Positions 40,452 to 53,600 are shown, numbered from the stretch's first letter. The stretch is 64,000 bases of DNA from Geosiphon pyriformis uo1 (GCA_016748015.1 JAAOMT010000468.1:186001-250000); one strand, 5' to 3'. The notes: generated by a model not told the origin, from the sequence alone. Numbers and translations are program-made.

Positions 40452-41834
40452 ATAAACATATAAAAATATCAACAACTCCAACATTATATAAACACTCAAC
40501 AGTTCAAAGAGAATTTATCTCAAATGGAACGAAAAAGGATTAAACAACAATCAAAATATTTTATCACTCACCAAAATATACTTTATCAGAAAAATAGGAA
40601 GAATCCAGATCAGCCAACCAGAGTAATTATAGAGCCAGAGAAAGAGACAATATTATTCAACATGCACTCAAATCCAACAGCCAGACACTTTCACAAAGAA
40701 GCAACCATAGAAAGAACCAGAAAAAGATACTATTGGCTATCAATGTATTCAGACATCATCCAATATGTTCAAAATTGTAACACTTGTCAGCGAAGAGGAG
40801 GAACAAAACCCAGTGAACCATTAAGACCAATCAAAGTGGGACAACCATTTAACTGGATTGGAATTGATTTAGTCGGACCATTAACAATCACCAGCAGAGG
40901 AAACAGATATATAGCAGTAGCCATAGACTATCTCACTAAATGGCCAGAGGCGAAAACAATTCAAAAAGTGGATGCAGAATTCATTGCCAAATTCATTCAT
41001 CAAGATTTAATTTGTCGATACAGATGTCCAAAGGAATTATTATTAGACCAAGAAACTCATTTTGTGAACAGAACATTAACAGAATTGAGCCAAAGATTCG
41101 GAATTAAGAGACCATTATCATCATCATACCATCCACAAACCAACAGATTAGTCAAAAAATTCAACAGAACATTGTGTGAAGCAATTGCCAAACTCAGCCA
41201 AGAAAACCAGGACGAATGGAATTTGTTTATACCATCAGTATTATTTGTTTATCAAACAATGAAACAAGATACTACACAAGCAACACCATTCAAATTAGTA
41301 TACAGTAGAACAGCAATATTATCAGTAGAGAGAAAAATTAATACATATCTAGCTGAACCAATAACAGAAGAAAATTTTCAAAAAACATTGCTGAGAAGAA
41401 CATATGACTTAATGGAAACATTAGAAAACAAACAAAGAAAAGTAGCTGATAATATTCAAAAGTTACAAGAGAAACAGAAAGAAAGACATGATAGTCAATT
41501 ACTAGACAAGCCAGTTGAATTCAAGATTAGAGACAAAATACTCTTATATCATACCAAAGTGGAAAAACAATAGAGTAGAAAATTCGACCCCAAATGGGAT
41601 GGGCCATTTCACATAGAAGAAATTCTAGGAAATGGAGCTTACAAATTAAGACTGAATAACAAAATTTTAACCAAAGCAGCACATAGAAATCGACTGAAAC
41701 CATACCACAACATCATACTACCATCTACCAGTAATATTCCACAATTAGGAGTACAAAAAATACTAGTCCAACCAGATAAGATTCTATGATATCTGGAGCC
41801 AATAGTTATTATTGACAACAACACGTTAAATTAA
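40452..41834 (+). pseudogene. int: Integrase, separate ORF (start ATG>ATA at 40452)
   Basis: ORF 40524-41573: H..H..CNTC zinc finger, IGIDLVGP, YHPQTN, GPF at ~41601; no chromodomain evident. Confidence 0.9.
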
Positions 41835-41888
41835 TTTAGCAAAAGAATATATAAAGACATGGTAGACATGACAGGAAATATCAGAAAA

Positions 41889-42518
41889 ATGGAAATTACA
41901 GACAACATTTACTCACTAGCACAACAACTCTTTCAGTTAATCCAATACCAAGAAATGGAAATTACAATCAATCAACAAACCATTCAATATCAAGATACTA
42001 GGAAGACATTGCAACTCAGAACACAGAAGAAAACTGAAAATACGGTGGACAAAATCATTGTGAAAGTAAAATTAGCAATAAGAGAGTTGACAAAAGAAAC
42101 ACTATATCAAGAGTTGACTAAAGAAACTTGGAATTGGTGGATACAACAATTTCCAAGAAACTATTGTTATTTTTACTTGGGACAACACATAAACATCCAG
42201 AATCTATATACAGATAAAACAAAGCAATTATTTAACAAAAAAATACTACAACAATTAGAATATTTTGTGAGAAAGAACAACTTATCCACACAGGCCCGAG
42301 CCATCTACTGAATACATACAGCATTTCAGGATAGACCAGAAATATTACTCAACAAAGCAATGGATATGATTACCAGTAATCAATTGGAAAAAATCACCAA
42401 TGCTCAATTTGATGATTTACAAACCCAAATAACACAAGTAATTCTCAAAAACAAAATCCAGGAAATACTTCAAGAGGGGGAATTAAACAAGTTGGATTTC
42501 GACGGAGCTCAATATTAA
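41889..42518 (+). pseudogene. ORF3 (~209 aa) in the env position, unknown function
   Basis: MEITDNI...DFDGAQY*, one internal TGA; conserved in B1, B2, B3, remnants in H1 and F. Confidence 0.8.
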
Positions 42519-42531
42519 AAGGAGAGAATAA
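42517..42531 (+). promoter_or_regulatory. Polypurine tract AAAAGGAGAGAATAA
   Basis: Directly precedes the 3' LTR TG; same tract next to the B1 and B3 3' LTRs. Confidence 0.9.
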
Positions 42532-43395
42532 TGTTACTCATAGAAATATAGAAAATATATTAGCATAATTAGTAGCCAATCAGAAGTAGGCGTAGTAAAA
42601 TGGGGAATTCCAAAATTCTTCTCAGGAATTGCAGGATTCCAGGAATTTCAGAATTCCCCGACAAGAAATCACAGGATTTCAGAATTCCAGAATTTCTCTC
42701 AAAGGAATTTCAGGATTCCTGTCGTAAAAAATTGAGGAATTGAGGAATCTCAAATTATGTATATATAGTAGTAAGATTAAAAGCTGAACAGAAAGATCTC
42801 TCAGTTTAGATTTAATCTAAGTGACATTTCAGTTTCCAATCATCAAATAAATAATTATTCCATATCTCAACCCACTTTTCACTATCAACACTTCATGTTG
42901 ATAGTAATTGATACTTAACCATGCTAGAACAATAGCTCTTGATCACGGCTATTGACGAAATACTAACATACCAAATTGCCTTGGCTTATTTTCTCTATTT
43001 TCTTTATTTTATTTTCTTTATTTTATTTTTTTTTCTTTTTTATTTTGTTATTGTGTACTAATTAATTAAAAAATTAAGCACTGAGTTATTGACGTCAAGG
43101 ATAGCCTAGTAAAAGACCCAGAAATAAGGGTAGGATTTTATATATTATCAGATAACTTACCAGAAGAGCATGACTGCCAGACTAAATCCAGCCACCACAC
43201 TAAGAAAGAAATTGAGAAAACTCTTGGAAAGATACATCTACTATCAACACTATTGAATCTCTGTCCATTATACAAAGGACTCCATCAAAACCTTCAGATA
43301 CCACACTTGCAGAAACTCATCCATGGAAGTAGCTTTTGAGCACCAAGTTACAGATTTGTTATTTAATTCAACAGCAGAAATAATCATCTGTAACA
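42532..43395 (+). repeat. 3' LTR of C (864 bp)
   Basis: Matches the 5' LTR except for transitions and a short deletion in the U3 repeats. Confidence 0.97.
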
Positions 43396-44874
43396 TTATG
43401 TATACTATGTCTTTATATACTCTTTTGGTTGTTTGATTTTACGTGTTTGGTTCAATAATTATAATTGGTTCTAAATTTCATGGAATCTCATCTGGTTTGA
43501 CTAGTATTCTCTGTATTCCTAATTGTGGAATATTACTGGTAGATAATAATGCTATATAGTGATATTGTTTCAGTCAATCACTATGTGCTGCTTTGGTTAA
43601 AACTTTGTTGTTCAACCTTAATTTATAAGCTTCATTTCCAAGAATTTTTTCTATGTGAAATGGTCTGTCCTATTTGGGGTCAAATTTTCCACTCCATTGT
43701 TTTTCCACTTTAGTATAATGTAAAAGTACTTTGTTTCCAATCTTGAATTCAACTGGTTTCTTTAGTAGTTGGTTATCATGTCTTTTTTTTTGTTTTTTTT
43801 GTGACTTTTGTATATTATTAGCTGCTTTTTGTCATGTGTTTTCCAGTGTTTCTATTAAGTCATATGTTTTTCTTAGCAATGTTCTTTGAAAATTTTCTTC
43901 TGTTATTGGTTCTGTTGGATATGTTTTGACTTCTATCTTAACTGGTAATGTTGCTGTTCTACCATATACTAATTTGAATAGTGTTGCTTGTGTAGTGTCT
44001 TGTTTCATTGTTCGATAAGCAAATAATACTGATGGTATAATCAAATCCCATTCATCCTAGTTTTTTTGGCTGATTTTGACAATGGCTTCACACAATGTTC
44101 TGTTAAACTTTTCAACTAACCCATTTGTTTGTAAATAGTATGGTGATGATAATGGTCTTTTTATTCCAAATCTTTGACTTAATTCTGCCAATGTTCTATT
44201 TACAAAGTGAGTTCCTTGATTTGATAGTAGTTCTTTTAGACATCTATGTTGACAGATCAAATCTTAATGAATAAATTTGGCAATAAATTCTGCATCTGCT
44301 CTTTGAATGATTTTTGCTTCTGGCCATTTTGTGAAATAGTCCATGGCTACTGCAATATATCTGTTGGCTCTGTTGGTGATTGTTAATGGTCCAACTAAGT
44401 TAATTTTAATGTGATTGAATGGTTGTCTCACTTTGATTGGTCTTAATGGTTTACTGAGTTTTATTTTACCTCTTCTTTGACAAACATCACAACTTTAAAC
44501 ATATTGAATAATGTTCAGATACATTGATGGCCAATAGTATCTTTTTCTGATTTTTTCTATGATTGTTTCTTTATGAAAATGTCCTGCTATTGGATCTGAG
44601 TACATGTTAAATAATATTGTCTCTTTCTCTAATTCTTTAATTACTCTGGTTGGTTGATCTGGATTTTTTTTGTTTTTCTGGTAAAGTATATTTTGATAGT
44701 TAATAAAATATTTTGATTGTTGTTTTATGTTACTTTGTTCTTTTTAAGATAATTTCTCCTTAAACAATTTGGTATTTATATAATGTTGGAGTTGTTAATA
44801 TTTTTGTATATTTATCTTTTGTTATATTTTTGGGTTGAAATGTTTTTAGATTTGTCTCATTCACAACAATCTGT

Positions 44875-45905
44875 TGTTACCAGAGTAGAAAAACAGATCT
44901 GAAGTTATGAAGAAACATGACCAAAATGTAACATAAATACAGAATAGTGTGCAATAATATTGGATAATGCATTATAACTTAAGATAGCACAGAATAATGC
45001 GTTATAACATAGAATAACACAGAATAACATGTTATAATGTAGGATAACTAGTAATAATGTAGAAAAATGAAGCAATAACAGAAATAACAAAGCAATAGTT
45101 AGCAATAACAAAACAATTAGAAGCAATCCTATAAAACCAAAAGAATATATAAAAATAAGTAGTTATAGAAAATAGAAACAGACAGACCAATAGATACAAA
45201 CTTCTAAACAAGAATCAAATATCCTTATCCTTTCCATTATTTATTCTATTTCATCTTCATCTGCTGAAATAAATCAATTATCAAGAAATCAGAATCACAA
45301 ATTCATGTTCTTAAACTTTGTGGAATATATGTAAATTGACCATTGTTTTGTATCTTTGTTCCAGGACAGATGTTTTTAGCATAACTACCTCAAACTATTA
45401 ATGATTTGGACCAATCACTCTTAATCATGACAATTGACAATACTAATTTTTTTCTCTCTTTTTTTTTCTATTTTTTTTTCTTTTTATTTCTTTGTATTTC
45501 TTTTCTTTATTTTTTTGTGAAGCAGCAACATTGTAAAATTAACTGTCTGAGAATAGACTTCGTGATAGCCTGGTAAAAGAGAAAAGCTCCTTCTAGGGTT
45601 TTTGGATATTAACATTATCTTGATAGCTTACCAGAAGGGCAAAAAGACAATACCAGACCCTAATAACTGTGCTCATTAGTTTGGAAAAGAAAGCTCACCT
45701 TTATAAGAAGTTGCAATCAGCAAGAACCAAAACTCTGTGCCTTATAACCAAAAAACTTAATGAGTAAATTCACAACCAGTAAAATAAGACTTTCAGTGAC
45801 TGATAATCAAGACTAAGCCAGTAGAATTATGCAAAAGATGCATTACCAATAATTGAGAGCACCAAACGTTATCATCTTTCTATTACATTAACTATATCTA
45901 TAACA
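44875..45905 (+). repeat. Family-D LTR D1, solo and probably recombinant (flanks CTGT / GCAT)
   Basis: TGTTACCAGAGTAGAAAAAC...CTATAACA; homologous to 58498-59484. Confidence 0.85.
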
Positions 45906-46050
45906 GCATTATACTATGTTATAACATGTTATTCTACATTATTACATGTTATTCTATGTTTTTTCATATTATCTTGTATTATTTTATGTTATCACGTTTT
46001 TGGTCATATTTTCTCCATAATTTTGGATTGGTTTTTCTACTCAGATAACA
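45906..46050 (-). repeat. 5' (U3) end fragment of an inverted family-D LTR (D2)
   Basis: Reverse complement TGTTATCTGAGTAGAAAAACCAATCC matches the starts of D1 and of 58498. Confidence 0.8.
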
Positions 46051-46452
46051 GCGATGATAACATAAATTCAAGTAATAATTAATAATTTTTATTGATATGT
46101 AATGTGGATTTTGAATTGCTTTTAATTATGTTTTTTAACCAGAAATTTTAACCATGAATTCTGTTTTTTCTGCTTCTAATACTTTTGCTATATATATATA
46201 ATTAATGTTTTATGAAATCTCACACATTTATAAGCAATGTGCTATAATTTCTTGAACAATGTGCCTTAATCTACTAATATTGTTTATATTGCTAAGCAAT
46301 ATATTTTAATCTACTGATATTGTTCACATTGCTAAACAATGTGTCATAATTTACTAGCACTGTGCTCACATGTTCAATACTATTCTCTTATTGGTCTATT
46401 TTTCTTATCTGTTTTTTCTACTATTTTTCTTGTACTTTTTCTATGAGTAACA
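46051..46452 (-). repeat. U3/R part of a B-type LTR (L2), inserted in element E
   Basis: Ends CTATGAGTAACA; similar to LTR 6610-7420; TATATATA box ~46190. Confidence 0.8.
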
Positions 46453-49400
46453 GCACTTGTTATTTGTTAAATTTTATTTTTGTCATGTAAATATATATCT
46501 AAGTATAAAAAACCTCTGTTTTATATAATATTAAAAGACATTTCTTGGCTTATCCAGCTGCTTATAAGAATTATATATTAACATAAAATATTATATGTTT
46601 TTCGTTAATCAGAAATATTATTTCATATTTTTTTATTGAATAGTGTTTCTTTACAAGCAAAACACAATTTGTTGTCACATTTTTTTTGTTATTTTAAATA
46701 TTCAAGACATTTTTGGTGGCACAGTTTGCAGTAGTAATAGATATGTATTCAGTAGTTTTTTCAAATAAGATTCAAGCTTTTATAAAGAAAAGCTTTTTAT
46801 TATAGTCAATACATCTAAATAAAATATATAACAGTTCTTTTTTTGTGTTCACAAAATATTATCTATTTTATCTACTGGTTATTTTTTCAGTAGCTGTGAT
46901 GGCTTTTGGTTTGTTTTTTTTTATTTATTTATTATCTTAAGAGAGTATTGGCAGTAATTCATTGTGTTTGTTTTCAGTCTATAAGACTTAATAGACTTCT
47001 TAAATAGGTTTTTCTTTTTTTTTTTTCAACTTAATCAATAGTTGTTCTCTTAAAAAAGCTTTAAAATGTTTGCAAATGACAAGTATTTGAATATGAAATT
47101 ATCAAATATTAACTAAAGCTCTTAAGTGTTCTAGTTAAATATAACATTGGTTTTGAACAGCCAATTATTACCAATAAGAGCTTGATATTATGTGTCTTCT
47201 ATTACCAATACTTTAATTGGTATAATAATACTGTTGACTTTGAAAAAAAAGTCATTAATTTTGCCAATTGAAGTTTTTGTCATTCTATTAACAGTAATGA
47301 TTTTGGCATTAACAGTATAATCAACTTGGCAACTTAATTGATTCATAAATTGTTGTGTAATAATGCTGCTTGTTAATTTATTATTAAGTATTAATTTGAT
47401 AAGTTGATCATCAACTTTGGCATTTATGTATATTACAGTAATTAATTTAGCATTAAGAGCAACTTCACTAAATAAAGATGTTGTTGCTAATTCTTCTAAT
47501 TTGAAAAAAAAAATGGCTACAAGTAATTTATCTTCAATAATTGTTGCTAGTAAAATATTATTGATAAGTGATATTGAATTAGTTTCCAAGTTGTTGGATA
47601 AGTTGTTTTCTGAAGTAACTAAAAGACTTAAATAATTCTGGAAATTTGGGTTTTAGATGTACTTACTTTTTAAACTTTACTAATATAATTCTAATGGCTG
47701 GTTGGAAGAACTGGGAATTAGTTGGTACATAATTATTGTTGATTTTTAGTTCTGTTGTGTGTGTAATTCTCAATCTTTGGTTTTTGAGTAATATTTGAGC
47801 TAAGTTTTGTAGTAGTGTTTGAATTTGTTGAGATTAATAAATGATTTGTGGATGCAACTAATAGATTACTGATATTGAAGTCTAATATACTAGAAATAAG
47901 TATATTGGTGTTTGCATTATTGAAGTGTAATAAAATTAATATTAATATTGTTCCTAATTCAGGATATAATTTGGAGTTTAAAACCTGCAATCAAAATTTC
48001 AATATTGATTTTTGATTATTGATTATTAAATCTAAAATAACAATCTGCTTTTAAATAGTTTTGTTTATTACAATAATAACAATTACATGTTTTTTGTTGT
48101 TATAATTGATTTAATAATAATGAATGTAATTGATTTTGGAAATGATTAAAGTTTTTTTAATTGTTGTAATGTTATAGAAATAATAAATGGCTTGATTATT
48201 AGTTAAGTATTTCTCAATTTTCTAATTAATAACTTTACTAAATTGCTTCATTTTGGTATCTAATTCAGATAATTTATTCATTATTAAATTTACTCAGCAG
48301 TTATCCAAACTATTTAGAAGTTTTTTTTTTGGTTTTTGAATTTTTTTAGCTTAGGTGTGATTGGCTTTAAGTTTGGCTGATTTGAAATCTCTGACATATG
48401 TAACTATATCTTAAAGAGTATTTAGATGTATTAAATGTACTTATTATAATAAGCTGTTGTGTAGTTCATAAATAAACTGGTTCAAAATTTGTGCTGCTAT
48501 AAAGTAGTCAGCTTGAATTGTCTAAATTTAACACAAATTTCTGTGAAAACATTCTAAGTAAGTGGTGACTGCTTTAGTATTATCTTGTTTAATTATGATA
48601 AAACCAGTTAACAAGTAATTTAAGCTATTATTATTGCTAAAATGCCATAAAAATGCAGTTTTAAACACATCAAAATTTTGGGGTTTGTTTACAAAATTTT
48701 GATACTATAAGTTAACAGTGTTCTGGAAAAAGTATGGAATAACTTGAATTGCTTTGGTATTATTCTATTTATTGACTGCAATGGCTTTTTTCATATTGTT
48801 TAATCATGCTTAAGTGTTGTTTTTTTTGCCAGTAAATTTCTCTAATTAGGTAATTAGTACATATGTTATTAGTACAAGTTGTTATTATTGTGATTGTTGT
48901 TGTGGTTGTAATTGTAGTGTGGCAATTGGTACAACTGATAGATTAATCACAATAACTGAAGATAAGTATTGCTAAAAAATAGAAACAGGATTTGGATTGT
49001 TCAAATTTTGCAGAGTTTAAACAATCAAAATAATAATTTCCAGATTAATTGAAATTGAATTTTGACTATTATTTCTCTGATTGTTGTCTTTTTTTTTAAT
49101 TCAGTATCTTCCCAATAACTGGTAGATTCGAAATTTGGTTAAGATAACAGTGATCAAAGTTCTGATAGTGTTGTTGGTTATAATTTAAATTTTTCAAAAA
49201 AATTGTCATAAGTTCTTAATAATTTGGCTTTTTCTTAATTATTTTGTAATGATATTTTTGCTAATAGTGTTTTTATGACTGCTGTGCATATAACTGCTAA
49301 TGTTATGTAAATAGTACTTTCAAGTATATAGTAATATAATAGGTTATAGGTAAAATAACTCTTGGTTTTTTTCAATTAGACAATTGTACTTTTTTTGATG

Positions 49401-50620
49401 TTTCTGTTAAAGTTTGTAATTTTTCTTTGTCTGTAAAAGTAATAAGAAATTTTTGTTGAGTCTAATGCTTAATTTCTATGTTTATTTCTGTAATTAGTAG
49501 GGTAAACAAATAGTTTAATAGAAGAGTAATAGTTTGTAATAGTTTATTATAAAAATTTTTAAGGGCAGCTTCTGAATTTTTTTGGTTTCTTAAGTAAGAT
49601 TTAATTTTTTTGTTGACATAAAAATTGAAAGCTGATTCTACTGGCTAATAGTTACTTGTTAGTCCAAAGTAAATTTGGTAATGTTGAAATAAAAATTTTA
49701 CAAATCTTAAATAATTTTCTTCTATGATTTCTTGGTCTGTTACTTTTTTGAATAGTTAATATTAATGTTAATTCTCTGTTGGATTATACTTTACAAAAAC
49801 ACCAAATGTTACAGGTAATTATTTAAAGTATTGGTACAAATAACAAATCTGTAACTTGGTACTCAATATCTGATAATGTTGGTAATTTTTGAAGATTTTG
49901 AAGTCTAAAAGTTTTGGTTGAGTTTTTTATATAATGAACAAAAATTTAATTAATGATTTCTTTTATGAATTTTTTTTTTAGTATAATAACCAGTTTATTT
50001 TAGCAGTTATGCTTTTCTAGTAAATTATTTTTAAATTTTTATCTTTGTTCTCAGGTTTTTTATCAGATTATTTTTAACATCAAATATTCAGTACTTAATT
50101 TCTTTAATTAATTAGTAAACAACAAAGAAACAAAATAAAAAAAATAAAAATAAAAAATAAAAAATTAGTATTCTATTAATAGCTATAATTAAAAGCTATT
50201 GGTCCAGTATGTTTAAGTATTAAATTCTATCAATATGGAATGTTAATAGTAAAAAAGTAATTAATATTCTTAATTAAACAATAATAACATAAATTGGATA
50301 ATAATTAAATATTTTTATTAATATTAATGGGTTTTTATTTCAAGTTATAGAATACTATTTTTTGAAGAAAAGAGTAAAAATAAGTAGTTATTATTAGCTA
50401 CTATTCTATTTAAGTCGAATTTTGAATACTTTTCTGTTTTTAATACTTTTGCTATATATATATAATTTGTATTATATGGGATTTCTGAGAATTCTGCAAT
50501 TCTGTAGTTTTGCAATTTCTTGAAAAAAATCCTGCAATTCTGGAATTTCTTATTTTATTATGTCTATTTCTGATTGGTTATTTTACTCATTATTATAATT
50601 CCTAATTTCTATAAGTTATA
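46453..50620 (-). mobile_element. Decayed family-B element E, 5' part (LTR 49807-50620, PBS, gag, PR, start of Cys-rich domain)
   Basis: ORF 47188-47589 protease-like; PBS remnant ~49790-49804; gag homology to C. Confidence 0.85.
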
Positions 50621-53600
50621 ATGCATATACCTGAATTACAAAAGCCAAAAAAGCAATTATAGCCAATAATTAGAATAAGATTAAAACAATCTAAGCTTTA
50701 CCCTTTTTTTTAATAGAAACCATAAACTTATAATATTAAAGTCTTAAGAAAAAACTAATTAACTTTGCTGCTTTCAAACTTGTCTTTTTACAATATTTCT
50801 GCAATTCTAATACACTTATTAGACTACAAAATTAGTTTAATATAATAAAACAAAAAAATCACAAAGCAATAACCACTTATTTTAAGCAATTTAATAAAAT
50901 TCTTCACAAATTTAGACAATTAAAAGAGACTATTATACACCAGAACAAACTCCTAACCAATTTATTAAAAAACTAAAAAATAGTATTTTTTAATCTATTA
51001 GGTTCTATTACTTTAGTAGTTTATAAAAGACCATAATACTTGTTCATGACTTTAAATTAACAAAGCAAAAAGCCAATTATATCTAAGTTATTAACTTAGC
51101 CATAAATAAAACATTAGATATCAATATTAAGTTTATCCAATTAAATAAAAAATTGACTCAAAAAATTGAAAAATTCTTAGCAAAAAACTCTGGAACTTAT
51201 TAATTACTACAATATAAAAATGACTCCAGCAATTATTAATAACAAAATTAACAATAATAACAACAACTTTGAAAGTTAGATTTCCATAATTATTACTATT
51301 GTCAAAAATCTAAACATATTGTAAAGAATTGCAAAAAAAAACTAGCCAACCAAAACGAAAAAGTTAATATTAACTTCAACTAAAATATCTTCAAATTATG
51401 AAATTTCAATATTCTTTGCCATTATATTCATAACTACAGTACTTACATTAATAATTTTTAACTTATTATTAATCTTTACAAGTAATAATACCAATACTAC
51501 CTTAATATCAAGTGCTAATATATAATAAAATCACAATAAAAACCAAACACAACTTAGCAGTAGGCCATTTAGACCAGTAAATTAGGACAACATACTATTT
51601 TAAGCAACATGAACTAAATATCCAAACCAGGCCTTATATCTTGGTCTTATGAAAACTTCAAATTTTAGTAATATTAAATCTTTAAAAGAAAAAAATATAG
51701 TTAAAATTACCAATTTTTTTTCTCTTAATCTCAGTCAAACTGCCAATACAATTCTTCTTGCTATTATTACTGAAGACAATACACTAGTTATCATATTTTT
51801 ATTTAATATTAACAGCCTAAACACTATTGATTTTTTTAATAGAGCTGTCATTAATTAGAATAAACTAATTATGGCAATATATACCAATACCAAAATAGGA
51901 CAATTAAATATTAAATTAATATTTAACAGTAGATCTGCAGACAGCATAATCACAAAACAACTTATAAATTAACTAAGTTATTAAATAGATCATACAGCTA
52001 CTGTTAGAATAATTATCATGAATGAAAATACCAAAACACTAATAAAAAAATTGACAATTTTCTCTTTAAAATCCACAGAATTAGCATTTTAACTAAAATA
52101 CTCATCATAGAAGCTACTTAATATTAAGTTTTTATAAGAAATAATTAATTAATTAAAACTTATATTATACTTAACTAAAATACTTAAAAACTTCAGATCA
52201 TCTTTAATAAACAATATGCTAAAGTACTCACTATGTGTAAATGCTTTAGAATAATGGCCTTAAAACAATTTCTAATTAAATTTAAAGAATCTACCCCACA
52301 GCCAATCTTGAAAATTTATAAGTTTTTTAGGCTAATAATTTTTAGACAAAGCTATTATTATCTCTTACTTGAAAAAAAAGATAAAGAAAAAGCTAACAAA
52401 AAATTTCAAACATCTTCTTTAAACTACTTAACCCTAAATAAAAAAAATTAATCATATTAATCTCCAAAATTAATTTGTGTCAATTATAAAAAGAAGTTAT
52501 TTTCAATAAAAATTTATATTGGAGATAAAGTATAACTAAATACTACTAAATACTATTGTTAACTTTGTGTATTAGAACAATTTAGATAACTGAAACAGCA
52601 AAGCAAATAAAACAATATGCTATGCCTTATATATAACAAAATATTACCAAATAAAAAACTATAAAATAATATTTCTAACAGAGAAAGAACATGTAACAAA
52701 ATTCTGTTAGTACACTATTTTAATTAATAACTGGGCCCAAAAAAAAACTCTATTTACTACTGTCTATAGTTAAACAATAAACTGATTGGATTTATATCTC
52801 TACAATGAAAAAAAAATTTAAAAAATAGCCACAGAAAATAGAAAAGCACTATAATCAAGAAAATATATGTCATAAAAAATGCTTTAGTAATCATTAAAAA
52901 AATAAATAATTTATTTACAGATAATTTCAAAGCATTCTAAAATCAGTACCAAAAATTTTGTTTTTACTCAAAAAAACAGAGACAAAGACTAGTGAATCTC
53001 AATACAAAACTATGTAATTATTGCTTAATTTTTTGTTATTTTTAATATTATAATAAATGTAATTTTTTATTAAATCCACTCTCAAGAATACTATATCTTA
53101 TCTTAAAACTATCAGAATTCAAAAAAAAATACAAGCTTATAGCTGAAAACATGTTATTTCAAGAATCAAGTAAAATTACTAAAATAAAACAGTATTTTGT
53201 CTATTTTAATATCTTTAAAGAGTTAAAATTAAAATAATATAGTAATAATAACAAAAAAATATGTCCTAAAAAAGCACATAAAAATGATATTAAATTTAAT
53301 TTAAGATATTTCAACCAATTTTTTATAGTTATAGCATCTTATTTTCTTGTAAAAATAGATCTCAAAATGGCTTTAAAAATTTTTATTAGTACTATGGTCC
53401 AAATTGAACCTTAATTTAATCTTACAAAAAAAAAATCGACATAAAAGGAGGAATTATTAATGTAAAATATACAGAAAACATTATTGTAATGATACAAAAC
53501 AATTCTAATAAACTTTATATAATTAAATTATAAGAAAAAATTATCTAAGCTATCTTTCTGCTCTTTATAAAAATATCACAATTAATTCCAATTATTATAT

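Larger units (their letters stand above)
33228..43395 (+). mobile_element. Full-length, least decayed family-B Ty3/Gypsy element C (~10.17 kb); TSD TCGT/TTAT (CpG-decayed)
   Basis: Paired LTRs, PBS, PPT, all domains; host B3 sequence resumes at 43396. Confidence 0.97.
31715..44874 (-). mobile_element. Family-B element B3, 3' part (3' LTR 31715-32563, ORF3, IN, end of RH), interrupted by element C and truncated at 44874
   Basis: PPT 32564-32579; ORF3 32580-33206; integrase fragments 43832-44260; pol stop 44846-44848. Confidence 0.9.

Noticed and set aside
41570-41834. Chromodomain at the integrase C-terminus
   Set aside because: After the GPF/SH3-like module there is only a short tail without the aromatic-cage/YLVKW pattern.
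41889-42518. ORF3 as an envelope gene
   Set aside because: No signal peptide, hydrophobic transmembrane segment or cleavage motif; too short.
33228-43395. Dating insertions from LTR divergence
   Set aside because: Divergence is dominated by directed C>T/G>A changes, so a neutral clock would mislead.
44875-46050. ~150-bp terminal inverted repeats suggesting a DNA transposon or MITE
   Set aside because: Explained by a plus-strand D LTR abutting the 5' end of an inverted D LTR; flanks (CTGT, GCGA) are not a TSD.
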